From the NCBI GenBank assembly GCA_905620465.1, contig CAJQTO010000020.1, forward strand, positions 6,275-70,274: a DNA stretch of 64,000 bases, given 5' to 3'. A program made the translations under genes and the position numbers. Below the pieces are notes generated by a model, which saw only the letters and a list, made by a program, of their open reading frames with translations, did no database searches and was not told the DNA's origin. The stretch is from an uncultured Candidatus Pelagibacter sp. (GTDB lineage Bacteria; Pseudomonadota; Alphaproteobacteria; Pelagibacterales; Pelagibacteraceae). This document shows positions 19,138 through 28,346 of the stretch, one piece after another. How positions within the stretch are numbered: position 1 is the stretch's first letter; each line of letters begins with the position of its first letter.

Positions 19138-21597
19138 TTAAAATCTTTTTGTTTTATCAATAGTTGTTAGCCACTTTTTATAATTTTTGACTGAAAATTT
19201 TTGATATTCAATAATATTATAATCATAAGATTTATCTTTTATTTTATTTGAAACATGATCAAATTCTTCATAAGTAGTTGGTATAAATTTTACTCTATCT
19301 CCTGGTTTAAAAAGGCATATACTTTCTTCAAATACTGAAAAACTTTTTTGTGTATCCCAAATAGGAACAGGAATAATTCCAAATATTTGATATCCACCAG
19401 GTAATCTATCTGGGTAAATTGTAGTAGAAGAACCACCCATCCCTACAGCTCCCTTTGGAGTCCAGGTTCTTGGTGGATTATATTTTGGTGCTGTTAATTT
19501 ACATCTAGGGTCAAGAGGCATCATAAATGGAAGACCGGGCCAAAAACCAAGTGATGATACCCAATATTCAGTTTTTGAATGTACTCTTACAAATTGATCA
19601 GTATTTTCAAGGTTATTTAGCTCTGTAATAAATTCAGGATCAGGTGTTTTTTTAGCTATCTTACTTGAATAATCTTCAATGCATTCTTTTGTCCATTTAT
19701 CAAGATAAACTGTAGGGAAAGAAAAAACTCTACTGTTAATCTCTATATCTTCAGTTGGCCCTAACGAATTAATAAGCAATTTCATTTCTTTTTTTAAATC
19801 ATTAAATTTTATTTCATCGGGATTATAATGGATTAGCATTGAAGCAAAGCATGGTGCGGTTTCATAAACACCCTTAAGGTTAGAGTCTTTAATAGCTTTA
19901 GCTAAGTTTTGAGCAGTAAAATTAATTTCAATATCCATCACGTTACCAAATTCAATAAACATATATTTATCACCACCTGGCTTAAATTTTGGCTCTTTGT
20001 AAACTTTACCAGGAATATTCTTTATTGAAGATGAGGACACATTATTAGTATTTGTTTTTTTTAATACAATATTGTTGAATGCCTTCATATCTTTCTCTGT
20101 ATAATTTTGAGAAGTTTTATCTTCAGGTGATTTTGAAACTATTTTTTCAAAAGCCTTTACATCTTTGTCAGTATATTTTTGAATAATTTTATCCGATTTC
20201 AAAACTTCACTTTTTATTTTTGGTATACTTGTTATTTTTTTAGTAAACAAAGGTAAATTATTTTCTATAAATTTTGTATTATAACTAGCTTCTTCAAAAA
20301 ATTTATTTTTTAGTACTGATATTAAAAAATCTTTGTTTGTATTAATTCCTTCGATTTCCAAACCACTCAAATAATGAATCATGTTGTTTATACTTTCATT
20401 TCTATTTACACCTTTAGATATAATTTTTGCAATCATAGGATCGTAATAAAAAGAAATTTCATCTCCTTCATCAACGCCAATATCCAGCCTAATATTAGCC
20501 AAACCGATATTTGGAATTTTTAGTTTTGTAATTTTTCCAGGAGATGGAAGAAAATTTTTAGTTGGATCTTCGGCATACAATCTACATTCAACTGCATGTC
20601 CTGATTTATTAATTTTATTTTGATCTAATGAATCTATATCCATTTTTAATGCAAATTTAATTTGCATTGCAACTAAATCAAAACCAGTAATAGCCTCAGT
20701 AACTGGATGTTCTACTTGAATTCGAGTATTCATTTCTAAAAAATAAAATTTTTTATTATTTATGTCGTATATAAATTCTATTGTTCCTGCTCCTTCATAT
20801 TTTTGATTTGTAACAAAATTTACGGCATTCTCTGCCATTTCATCTATAATTGATTGTTCAATTTTAGGTGCTGGGCTTTCTTCAATAATTTTTTGAAAAC
20901 GTCTTTGTATTGAACAATCTCTTTCATAAAAATGTAAGGCTTTCTTTTCACCAAGACCAAAGACTTGAATCTCTATATGTCTTGCATTAGATATAAATTT
21001 TTCTAAAAAAATATCACTATTACCAAAAGCTTTCTTTGCTAAATTTTTAGTTTTTTCAATTGATTTAATTAATTGATCATAGTTATCTGCAATTTGCATT
21101 CCAATTCCCCCTCCACCAGCGCTTGCTTTTATTAAAATTGGAAAACCAATTTCATTACATTTTGTTTCTAGGTCATTTTTTTTTAGCTCATCATTATTTA
21201 AGCCAGGACAAATGGGTAGGTTATTTTTTACCGCAAGTTCTCTTGCTATATCTTTATTACCCATTGATATAATTGTATTTGGCTTTGGTCCTATCCAAAT
21301 AATACCTGAATCAATGATTTTTTGAGCAAATTCTGAATTTTCTGCCATAAATCCGTAACCCGGATGTATTGCATCTACATTCAATTTTTTTGCTGCATCG
21401 ATAATTTTTGTGATTGATAGGTAACTTTCTTGCGCTTTAGAACCACCTATATGAATTGATTGATCAGCTTTTCTAACATGTTTACTATTTTTATCGATAT
21501 CAGAGTAGACGGCAATTGAATATAAATTCAATTTTTTACAACTATCAATAATTCTACAAGCTATTTCTCCTCGATTAGCTATGAGAATTTTTTTCAT
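19138..21597 (-). CDS. Fusion of biotin carboxylase, a low-complexity linker and a PxpB/AHS1 domain
   Basis: ILIANRGEIACR, HPGYGF.AEN, KASAGGGGIGM, RDCSIQRR.QKIIEE, EMNTRIQVEH, YYDPMIAK; then GFWPGLPF, PRTWTPKGAVGMGG, YP..LPGGYQ, PGDRVKF. Confidence 0.9.
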   Translation of the reverse strand: MKKILIANRGEIACRIIDSCKKLNLYSIAVYSDIDKNSKHVRKADQSIHIGGSKAQESYLSITKIIDAAKKLNVDAIHPGYGFMAENSEFAQKIIDSGIIWIGPKPNTIISMGNKDIARELAVKNNLPICPGLNNDELKKNDLETKCNEIGFPILIKASAGGGGIGMQIADNYDQLIKSIEKTKNLAKKAFGNSDIFLEKFISNARHIEIQVFGLGEKKALHFYERDCSIQRRFQKIIEESPAPKIEQSIIDEMAENAVNFVTNQKYEGAGTIEFIYDINNKKFYFLEMNTRIQVEHPVTEAITGFDLVAMQIKFALKMDIDSLDQNKINKSGHAVECRLYAEDPTKNFLPSPGKITKLKIPNIGLANIRLDIGVDEGDEISFYYDPMIAKIISKGVNRNESINNMIHYLSGLEIEGINTNKDFLISVLKNKFFEEASYNTKFIENNLPLFTKKITSIPKIKSEVLKSDKIIQKYTDKDVKAFEKIVSKSPEDKTSQNYTEKDMKAFNNIVLKKTNTNNVSSSSIKNIPGKVYKEPKFKPGGDKYMFIEFGNVMDIEINFTAQNLAKAIKDSNLKGVYETAPCFASMLIHYNPDEIKFNDLKKEMKLLINSLGPTEDIEINSRVFSFPTVYLDKWTKECIEDYSSKIAKKTPDPEFITELNNLENTDQFVRVHSKTEYWVSSLGFWPGLPFMMPLDPRCKLTAPKYNPPRTWTPKGAVGMGGSSTTIYPDRLPGGYQIFGIIPVPIWDTQKSFSVFEESICLFKPGDRVKFIPTTYEEFDHVSNKIKDKSYDYNIIEYQKFSVKNYKKWLTTIDKTKRF

Positions 21598-21602
21598 TTA
21601 TT

Positions 21603-22322
21603 TTATTTTTTAAGAGCTGACTTGATACCTTTAATAATTTCTACTGCATTAGGAGTGTCTGAGTGTACACAAATAGTATCACACCCAACATCTATATCTT
21701 TGCCAACAGTATTTGTAACCTTTTTTTCTGATATAGCTCGTAAAACGCGATCAGTGGCAATTTTACTGTCATAAATTGCATTTTTACCTTTTGCTATTAC
21801 TAATTTTCCATTCTCGTCGTAATCTAGATCAGCGTAAAATTCAGAGACAAAGTTTAAACCTCTTTCATCTTTATAAACTTTCTCATGACATGTATTTGCC
21901 ATACCAAAAATGCTAACATTAAAAGTTTCTACAGCATCTGCAATAGCATGTGCCATATTTTCATCTTTTGCAGCCATAACATATAATGATCCATGAGGTT
22001 TAATATGATTCAGGGGCATGCCTTGTTCATCTAAAAATGATTTTAAAGCACCAACTTGATACATGATCATATTTTTTATATCTTGTCTTGGCATTTTCAT
22101 TTCTCTCCTTCCAAACCCTTGCAAGTCTGGAAAAGAAGGATGAGCACCAACTTTTACACCATGTTTTTTTGCAAGTGCTACAGTTTTTCTCATATGATTT
22201 GGGTCAGACGCATGAAATCCACAAGCAACATTAGCAATATCAATCAAAGGCATTATTTCTTCATCATTACCAGCTCTATAAATTCCAAAGCTTTCACCCA
22301 TATCACAATTTAATTTAGTCAT
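21603..22322 (-). CDS. pxpA: 5-oxoprolinase subunit A (LamB/YcsF family)
   Basis: LNCDMGESFG, ANVACGFHA.DP, GAHPS.PDL.GFGRR, HIKPHG.LY, TICVHSD. Confidence 0.92.
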   Translation of the reverse strand: MTKLNCDMGESFGIYRAGNDEEIMPLIDIANVACGFHASDPNHMRKTVALAKKHGVKVGAHPSFPDLQGFGRREMKMPRQDIKNMIMYQVGALKSFLDEQGMPLNHIKPHGSLYVMAAKDENMAHAIADAVETFNVSIFGMANTCHEKVYKDERGLNFVSEFYADLDYDENGKLVIAKGKNAIYDSKIATDRVLRAISEKKVTNTVGKDIDVGCDTICVHSDTPNAVEIIKGIKSALKK

Positions 22323-22334
22323 AAATTTTTTCCT

Positions 22335-23735
22335 TTATATTTGACTTCTTATATGAGGTGATCTGGCATAAAGAGCCACCATCGGTATAATTAATAATCC
22401 AAGGATAAATTGTTGCGCTTCCCAGCTTAAACCCCATCCAATTAGAACTGTTGTTATTATTTGTAAAATAAAAACTCCGATAACACTTAATCCATATCCT
22501 CCAGAACCGCCCAGCAATGAGGTTCCTCCAATAACTACAGCGGCTATTGTTGTAAATAAGTATATATCGCCAGCTCCAACATATCCTCCACCACTCCAAC
22601 CAAGTAGTAATATTCCCGTTAAAGCAGAGAAAAATCCACTAATAACATAAGCTCCAATCCAGTATCCTTTTTCAGAAATTGACAGTCTTGATGAAGACAA
22701 TCTACTTCCTCCTAAAGCATATAAATGCCTACCCCATTTTGTTAATCTTAAAGCAACAATAACCAAAATACTTACTACAATCCAAATAATGATTACAGGA
22801 GGTATTGGAAGACCAAGAGTTTTTCCACCCATAGATGCTAAATTTTGCATCCAATCTGGCACTACGCCAAAAACTGTACCAGCTGAAAAAGTACCCATAG
22901 AAACTAATATTTGAACTCCGCCTTTAACAAAAAATCCTACTCCCAAAGTTAAAATTAATGCTTGTCCTTGAAGTCTAAAACTTAAAATACCATTAACAAA
23001 CCCAATCAAACAGCCTAATAATAATATCACTAGACAAGACAGCCAAGGTGGCACTCCTTTAGAAATCAATGACATTAATGCAACATTCATTGAACCAATA
23101 ACAAAAGGGATCGACAAATCCAGACCTCCTAAAAGTGCAACAAAAGTTTGTCCGATAGTTGCTAAACCAAGAAATGACGCAAAGACTAACATTGATTTCA
23201 TATTCATAGTAGTCAAGAAGCCAGGTATAGTTAAGGATCCAATAATAAATAATCCAATCAAAACTCCTATACCAATAAAAACACTTTTACTTCCCTTTAT
23301 ATATCTGCTTATGACACCCATAAAAATTACAAATATAAGGAAGATTAAAAAGGAAACTAACGTTCTTCCTGAAAAGAAATTTTCTGAAATAAAAGATACA
23401 AATGTAAAAATAAGAATAACACCAAGAAATGCTACTGTTTTCCACCTATTTTCTCTAATATTTTTAAAGAAGAAATTTTCTTCATCTTCTTCATCTTCTG
23501 TATTTTCTTCTTTGGGAAATTTAGTAAATATATTTTTTTTTAAATCTTCATTAATCCATCTAACAGAAAAATGATACCATCCCCATAATATTAATCCAGT
23601 TACTGCAATAGAGTAGGTGGCAATATTCATCCAATCAGCACCATCGTACCAACCAAGTACTGCAGTTCCTATACCGCAAAGAATTGCAAATAATAATCCT
23701 AATCCTTTAAAGAATAGAAAGGTTGATCTTTTCAT
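22335..23735 (-). CDS. Sugar-type (CUT2/RbsC-like) ABC permease with N-terminal extension
   Basis: GQTFVALLGGLDLS, T.WGRHLYALG, IAAVVIGGTSL.GG.G; ~150 extra N-terminal residues. Confidence 0.88.
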   Translation of the reverse strand: MKRSTFLFFKGLGLLFAILCGIGTAVLGWYDGADWMNIATYSIAVTGLILWGWYHFSVRWINEDLKKNIFTKFPKEENTEDEEDEENFFFKNIRENRWKTVAFLGVILIFTFVSFISENFFSGRTLVSFLIFLIFVIFMGVISRYIKGSKSVFIGIGVLIGLFIIGSLTIPGFLTTMNMKSMLVFASFLGLATIGQTFVALLGGLDLSIPFVIGSMNVALMSLISKGVPPWLSCLVILLLGCLIGFVNGILSFRLQGQALILTLGVGFFVKGGVQILVSMGTFSAGTVFGVVPDWMQNLASMGGKTLGLPIPPVIIIWIVVSILVIVALRLTKWGRHLYALGGSRLSSSRLSISEKGYWIGAYVISGFFSALTGILLLGWSGGGYVGAGDIYLFTTIAAVVIGGTSLLGGSGGYGLSVIGVFILQIITTVLIGWGLSWEAQQFILGLLIIPMVALYARSPHIRSQI

Positions 23736-23736
23736 T

Positions 23737-26061
23737 TTACTTTACCTCTTCCCATTGACTAAGTTGATTATCACGGGCATTTTTCTCATTATAAATAGAC
23801 ATAAATTGCCATACCAAAGGAGTAATAGGAATACCAATAACAAATACTGCTAAAATTTTATAAAATGAATATCCAACTGAATAAAAAATTGCGGACCAAA
23901 GTGCCACAGCAAATATAACTATATAAATATATGGTGCGAATCTTCTATAATTCCCTTTTTTACCCATACTAAGAAATAAAAAATATTGAAGTAAAAATAC
24001 TGCTAGAATACTGAATGCAAATTGGGAGTATCCCGAAGTTACAGTTCCATAGAAAAATCTTTTAGTGCCCTCATATTTAACCTGTGAAAGATCTACAATG
24101 TTTAATTCATTTATAATTTTAGGTTGATAAAGAGATGGATCATCAGGAATAAATGTATTTCCACCTATAAAATATGTAGAAATTATAGCAAGAATACCAA
24201 ATCCAAATATATAGACGTTGGTTAAATTTTTTATTCTTGAGTGAACAAATGGTGCGGTTATAATAAATAGAAGTAAAACTGCTAATATTACACCATACCC
24301 TTGAATACCAAAAAAGCTACTATCTGTGTTTTCAATTAAGTTATTATATGAAATACCTTTTAATATAATTAAAGATAAAGCAGCTAGAAAAAATAGCATT
24401 GCTGTTGATTTGGTTCTAGGGTTAAACTGAGGTAGCATAGATACAATAATTAATGAAGCAAACAATACAATCCCAGCTAAATAAACTATACTATAGCTAG
24501 TTCCAGAAATAAGAGTGCTCTCTATAACATTAGGTATAAAATTTATTTTTTCTAAACTAAAATATTGAGGAGCAGATGTTTCAATACTACTTACTTGATT
24601 AGATTGTAAGGTTATTTTTTCTGTATCTTTCAATGTATCTTTCCCTTTATCTTCTGGATTGAAAATTAAACCAGCAGCCATTATTACCACAATAACAACA
24701 AAAGAAATTGTAGATGGACTTCTATGAGCCGATAATAAATAAAATAAAAGTGCAACAAATGCTATTCCTAAAATTATATAAAAAATAATCGTTCCTGGCG
24801 TTTCAGTGAATTGAACCACTCCATGTCCCGCAAGAGAGCCACCCTTAGAGGTACCTTGTCCCGTAGTTGCGCTTCCACTATCTTCAACAATAATATTTCC
24901 TGTTGCGTCTACTTTTCTTTCTATTGAACCCTTTGCTTCATTTTCGGATTTTACATCACTCTCAGCAATCTGTTCAATAACAATTGGTTGATCATAAATT
25001 TGATGTATCATGACAAATAACCCAGCAAACGCCATTAGAATGAAAAAAACCATTACAGATAAACCTTTTGTAACTCTTGTGACATAAGGAAGTATCAAAC
25101 TGACCATTAAAGCTCCTACTAAAACAGCACCATAAGATAAGTCAGATACAAAGCTTTGAAGTCTTTCAAACCTAAAAGTAACCAAGATATAATTTATAAG
25201 ATATAAATTTAAAGCACCTAGAATTGCACCAAAGGCACCTCCACGTCCCCCAGCTAAACTTGCACCTCCCAGAACTAGTGCCGTAATACCTAATAAAGTG
25301 TATTTGGTTCCTTGCAAAGGGTCTCCTGACCCAACAAGAGCAGTAAAACATATTGCAGAAAGAGCTGCAAAAATTCCTGCTATCATATGAGCAACTATTC
25401 TTACTAAATTAATTTTTACACCACTTGTAAAAGCAGCACGTTCATCCGAACCCATTAATTTTAGATGACCCCAAAAAGCTGTGTGAGTGATTATATAAAA
25501 AAATATTGTTGCTAAAATCATCAGAAGAAATATTGGGTTTAAAATAGTAAAACCTTCTCCCCAGGGAAGTAGCCAATCAGGAGCTATCCCTCCTGGTCTT
25601 GGTAAAATTACAATATTAATTCCTGCAAATGCTAAATACCCTGCTAACGAAACAATAATGGGTGAGACCCTTACAAAACAAACAATCAAAGCATAAAATA
25701 GTTGCCATATTAAACCCATCGCAATTGCATACACAAACCATGTAACAGGTGTTTGTAGATATCCCGCAGCATATAACTGAATACTACTTACATTTATAAA
25801 ACCCATGAAAGGACCAATAGATAAATCAACTCCTCCTCTTCCTGCCATTGCTATAAATGTCAGAGCATATGTGGTTAATATTAATGGTGCAGTAAGCATA
25901 ATTGCGCTTCCTATACCTGATTGAGAAATAAGTATTGGACTTCTAATTAAAGCAAAAATCAGCAAAGCAAAAAAGATAAAAATTGGCACCATCAGATACT
26001 TATTTGATGAAGTATCTGTACTTGTTCTATAGGATTTTTTTAATTTTTCAATTACTTCCAT
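23737..26061 (-). CDS. Sugar-type ABC permease with a large (~450 aa) C-terminal membrane extension
   Basis: GGVDLSIG, GSDERAA..SGV and ITALVLGGASL.GG.G lie in the first ~325 aa; many further TM helices follow. Confidence 0.85.
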   Translation of the reverse strand: MEVIEKLKKSYRTSTDTSSNKYLMVPIFIFFALLIFALIRSPILISQSGIGSAIMLTAPLILTTYALTFIAMAGRGGVDLSIGPFMGFINVSSIQLYAAGYLQTPVTWFVYAIAMGLIWQLFYALIVCFVRVSPIIVSLAGYLAFAGINIVILPRPGGIAPDWLLPWGEGFTILNPIFLLMILATIFFYIITHTAFWGHLKLMGSDERAAFTSGVKINLVRIVAHMIAGIFAALSAICFTALVGSGDPLQGTKYTLLGITALVLGGASLAGGRGGAFGAILGALNLYLINYILVTFRFERLQSFVSDLSYGAVLVGALMVSLILPYVTRVTKGLSVMVFFILMAFAGLFVMIHQIYDQPIVIEQIAESDVKSENEAKGSIERKVDATGNIIVEDSGSATTGQGTSKGGSLAGHGVVQFTETPGTIIFYIILGIAFVALLFYLLSAHRSPSTISFVVIVVIMAAGLIFNPEDKGKDTLKDTEKITLQSNQVSSIETSAPQYFSLEKINFIPNVIESTLISGTSYSIVYLAGIVLFASLIIVSMLPQFNPRTKSTAMLFFLAALSLIILKGISYNNLIENTDSSFFGIQGYGVILAVLLLFIITAPFVHSRIKNLTNVYIFGFGILAIISTYFIGGNTFIPDDPSLYQPKIINELNIVDLSQVKYEGTKRFFYGTVTSGYSQFAFSILAVFLLQYFLFLSMGKKGNYRRFAPYIYIVIFAVALWSAIFYSVGYSFYKILAVFVIGIPITPLVWQFMSIYNEKNARDNQLSQWEEVK

Positions 26062-26067
26062 ATTTTT

Positions 26068-26583
26068 CTAATCAAAATAAACAATTTTTATTTTTTCAAT
26101 TCCCACTTTATTTTTAAGCTTTTTTTCATTATCATTTAATTTACTATAATCAATAATCTTAACTTTTTTATTTTTATTATTAATTATTTCTTTTACTGTA
26201 TTTTTTGTTGGAATTATTTTGTTAAACTCACCATAATCATTTGATGAATAACTCAATTCAGAATCTATATTTATTTTTTGCTTTTGTTCTGCACTGTCTT
26301 TGTATTGCAAAAAGTTATTAAATTGATCAAATTTTTGAAAATCCGATGAATTATAATATTTCACTTCATTTTGATTATTTTTTTTTGTAAATAAAGGTAA
26401 ATTTTCCTCAGTTTTTATAATATTATTAAAATAATTTTTATCAGAATTAGCATATTTAATATTATGATTTTTAGATTGAGTACTACTTTTAATGTCAGAA
26501 TTAAATTTTTTAAAATTATTTAATTTATCAAAATTAACTTCATCTTCATCGTTATAATAATTATTTTTATCTTTTGTTTTCAT
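26068..26583 (-). CDS. Low-complexity N/K-rich protein with repeated Y-x3-D-x3-F motifs (putative linker/scaffold)
   Basis: Open 171 codons, TAATG-coupled to the ATPase gene, ending 6 nt before the permease; four motif copies. Confidence 0.7.
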   Translation of the reverse strand: MKTKDKNNYYNDEDEVNFDKLNNFKKFNSDIKSSTQSKNHNIKYANSDKNYFNNIIKTEENLPLFTKKNNQNEVKYYNSSDFQKFDQFNNFLQYKDSAEQKQKINIDSELSYSSNDYGEFNKIIPTKNTVKEIINNKNKKVKIIDYSKLNDNEKKLKNKVGIEKIKIVYFD

Positions 26584-28331
26584 TAAAATGTTTTTATTTT
26601 TATTTTAGTTTTATTTTTATCAATATTTTCTTTATTAAAATTTACTACTTTTATGTTTTGTGTTACCTTTATTTTATTATCATCAAGTGACTTATTTTGA
26701 ACGGGTGATGTGGATAAATTTGATTTATTTGAAACAGTTGTTTCACCAACTCCTGCTGTTTGACCAAACATTCCTTCAAGCAAAGTGTCTGCATTAATTC
26801 TGTCGTTTTCAAAAATATCAAATATTGTTCCATTTCTAAAAACTATTACTTTTGGACATAGTCCAATAAACTCCTCTAATTCACTGGATAAGAAAACAAC
26901 TGTATTACCTTCTTCAACAAATTTTCTTAAATGAACATATAGATCTCTTTTAGTACTTATATCTATGCCTCTTGCTGGATCATTTAAAATAAGAATTTTA
27001 GGGTGCTGTGCAAATGATCTTGCAATCATAACTTTTTGTTGGTTTCCTCCACTTAATGAACCAATTAGATTATCTCTTAGACCAGTTTTAATACTTAATC
27101 TCTCCACCTCCCAATCAAAAATTCCATTTAATTCCATCCAATTAACAAACCCTAAAAACCCTGCCTTGCTAGTTTTTTCATAAAGAGGGATAACTAAATT
27201 TTCATATATACTTAAGTTAGGAAGTATTCCTTCTTTTTTTCGATCACCAGAAACAAAAGATATTCCATTTTCTTTTGCACTATCAAGTGAATTAAATTTC
27301 AAAAATTTTTCATTAGTGTCTAAAACCTCTAAAGTACCACCATGAGATTCTTGAACACCTGCTAAGATTTTAACAAAGTCATCTTGCCCATTTCCATCTA
27401 GACCTGTTACACCGACTATTTCTCCTTTTCTAACTTCAAAATTGACAGGCTTACTATCTGGCCAAACAACTAAATTCTCAGCTCTCATTACAACTTTTTC
27501 AGTTTTAGTTTGTATTGCTACTGATGTAGATTTTTCCCCAGCTTCTTCTCTTCCAGTCATTAGGCCTATTAGATTTTTTTCATTAAGATCTTTTTTCTCT
27601 AATACTCCGACATCTTTACCGTCTCTCATAACAGTTGCTTTATCACTAATTCTAACTAATTCAGCAATTCGGTGTGTAACAATAAATATTGCAACACCTC
27701 TGTCACGCAATTCTCTCATTTTTTTAAACAATCTTTCAGTTGAATCAAAATCAAGAGCAGCAGAGGACTCATCAAGAATTAATACTTTAGTATTTTCTCT
27801 TAAAAATGCTCTTGCAATTGTAATCCAAGCCTTTATTGGAAGGGATAAATTAAAAGCTTGAGTGTATGGATCAATGTATTCACCAACAAGATCTTCCATA
27901 ATTTCTTGGGCTTTTAATACTTTTTCTCTTTGAGTTAAATTTTTGTACCAAAAATCATCCGAACCAACAAATAAATTATCTACTACAGATGATTCTTCAG
28001 CAATCATTACTTCTTGAAATACTGTTGCTATCCCCATATCTCTAGCCATTACGGGAGAAGTTGGAGTTTTACCGAGTACTGAAACTTTACCTTTATCTAT
28101 AGGTAGAACTCCAGACAATACCTTTGCAAGTGTACTTTTACCACAGCCATTTCCACCAACTATTGCATGTATCTCACCAAAATTTGCATTAAAATTTACT
28201 CCATTAAGAGCTTTTGTTACACCAAAATATTTGTGAACATCTTGGACGTAAATATCACCTTGGACAGTTTTTGATTTGTCAGACAACACCTCTTTAGAGG
28301 TGTTGTCTTCTATATTTTTTTCAGCACTCAT
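26583..28331 (-). CDS. Sugar-type ABC transporter ATP-binding protein (two NBDs) with C-terminal tail
   Basis: GGNGCGKST, LILDES, LSGGNQQKV, SSELEE; ~60 aa low-complexity tail. Confidence 0.92.
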   Translation of the reverse strand: MSAEKNIEDNTSKEVLSDKSKTVQGDIYVQDVHKYFGVTKALNGVNFNANFGEIHAIVGGNGCGKSTLAKVLSGVLPIDKGKVSVLGKTPTSPVMARDMGIATVFQEVMIAEESSVVDNLFVGSDDFWYKNLTQREKVLKAQEIMEDLVGEYIDPYTQAFNLSLPIKAWITIARAFLRENTKVLILDESSAALDFDSTERLFKKMRELRDRGVAIFIVTHRIAELVRISDKATVMRDGKDVGVLEKKDLNEKNLIGLMTGREEAGEKSTSVAIQTKTEKVVMRAENLVVWPDSKPVNFEVRKGEIVGVTGLDGNGQDDFVKILAGVQESHGGTLEVLDTNEKFLKFNSLDSAKENGISFVSGDRKKEGILPNLSIYENLVIPLYEKTSKAGFLGFVNWMELNGIFDWEVERLSIKTGLRDNLIGSLSGGNQQKVMIARSFAQHPKILILNDPARGIDISTKRDLYVHLRKFVEEGNTVVFLSSELEEFIGLCPKVIVFRNGTIFDIFENDRINADTLLEGMFGQTAGVGETTVSNKSNLSTSPVQNKSLDDNKIKVTQNIKVVNFNKENIDKNKTKIKIKTF

Positions 28332-28346
28332 ACTTTATTAAAAGTA

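Noticed and set aside
17758-22322. Calling the module urea amidolyase or acetyl-CoA carboxylase
   Set aside because: There is no amidase-signature allophanate hydrolase and no AccA/AccD carboxyltransferase in the window; the substrate cannot be assigned from sequence.
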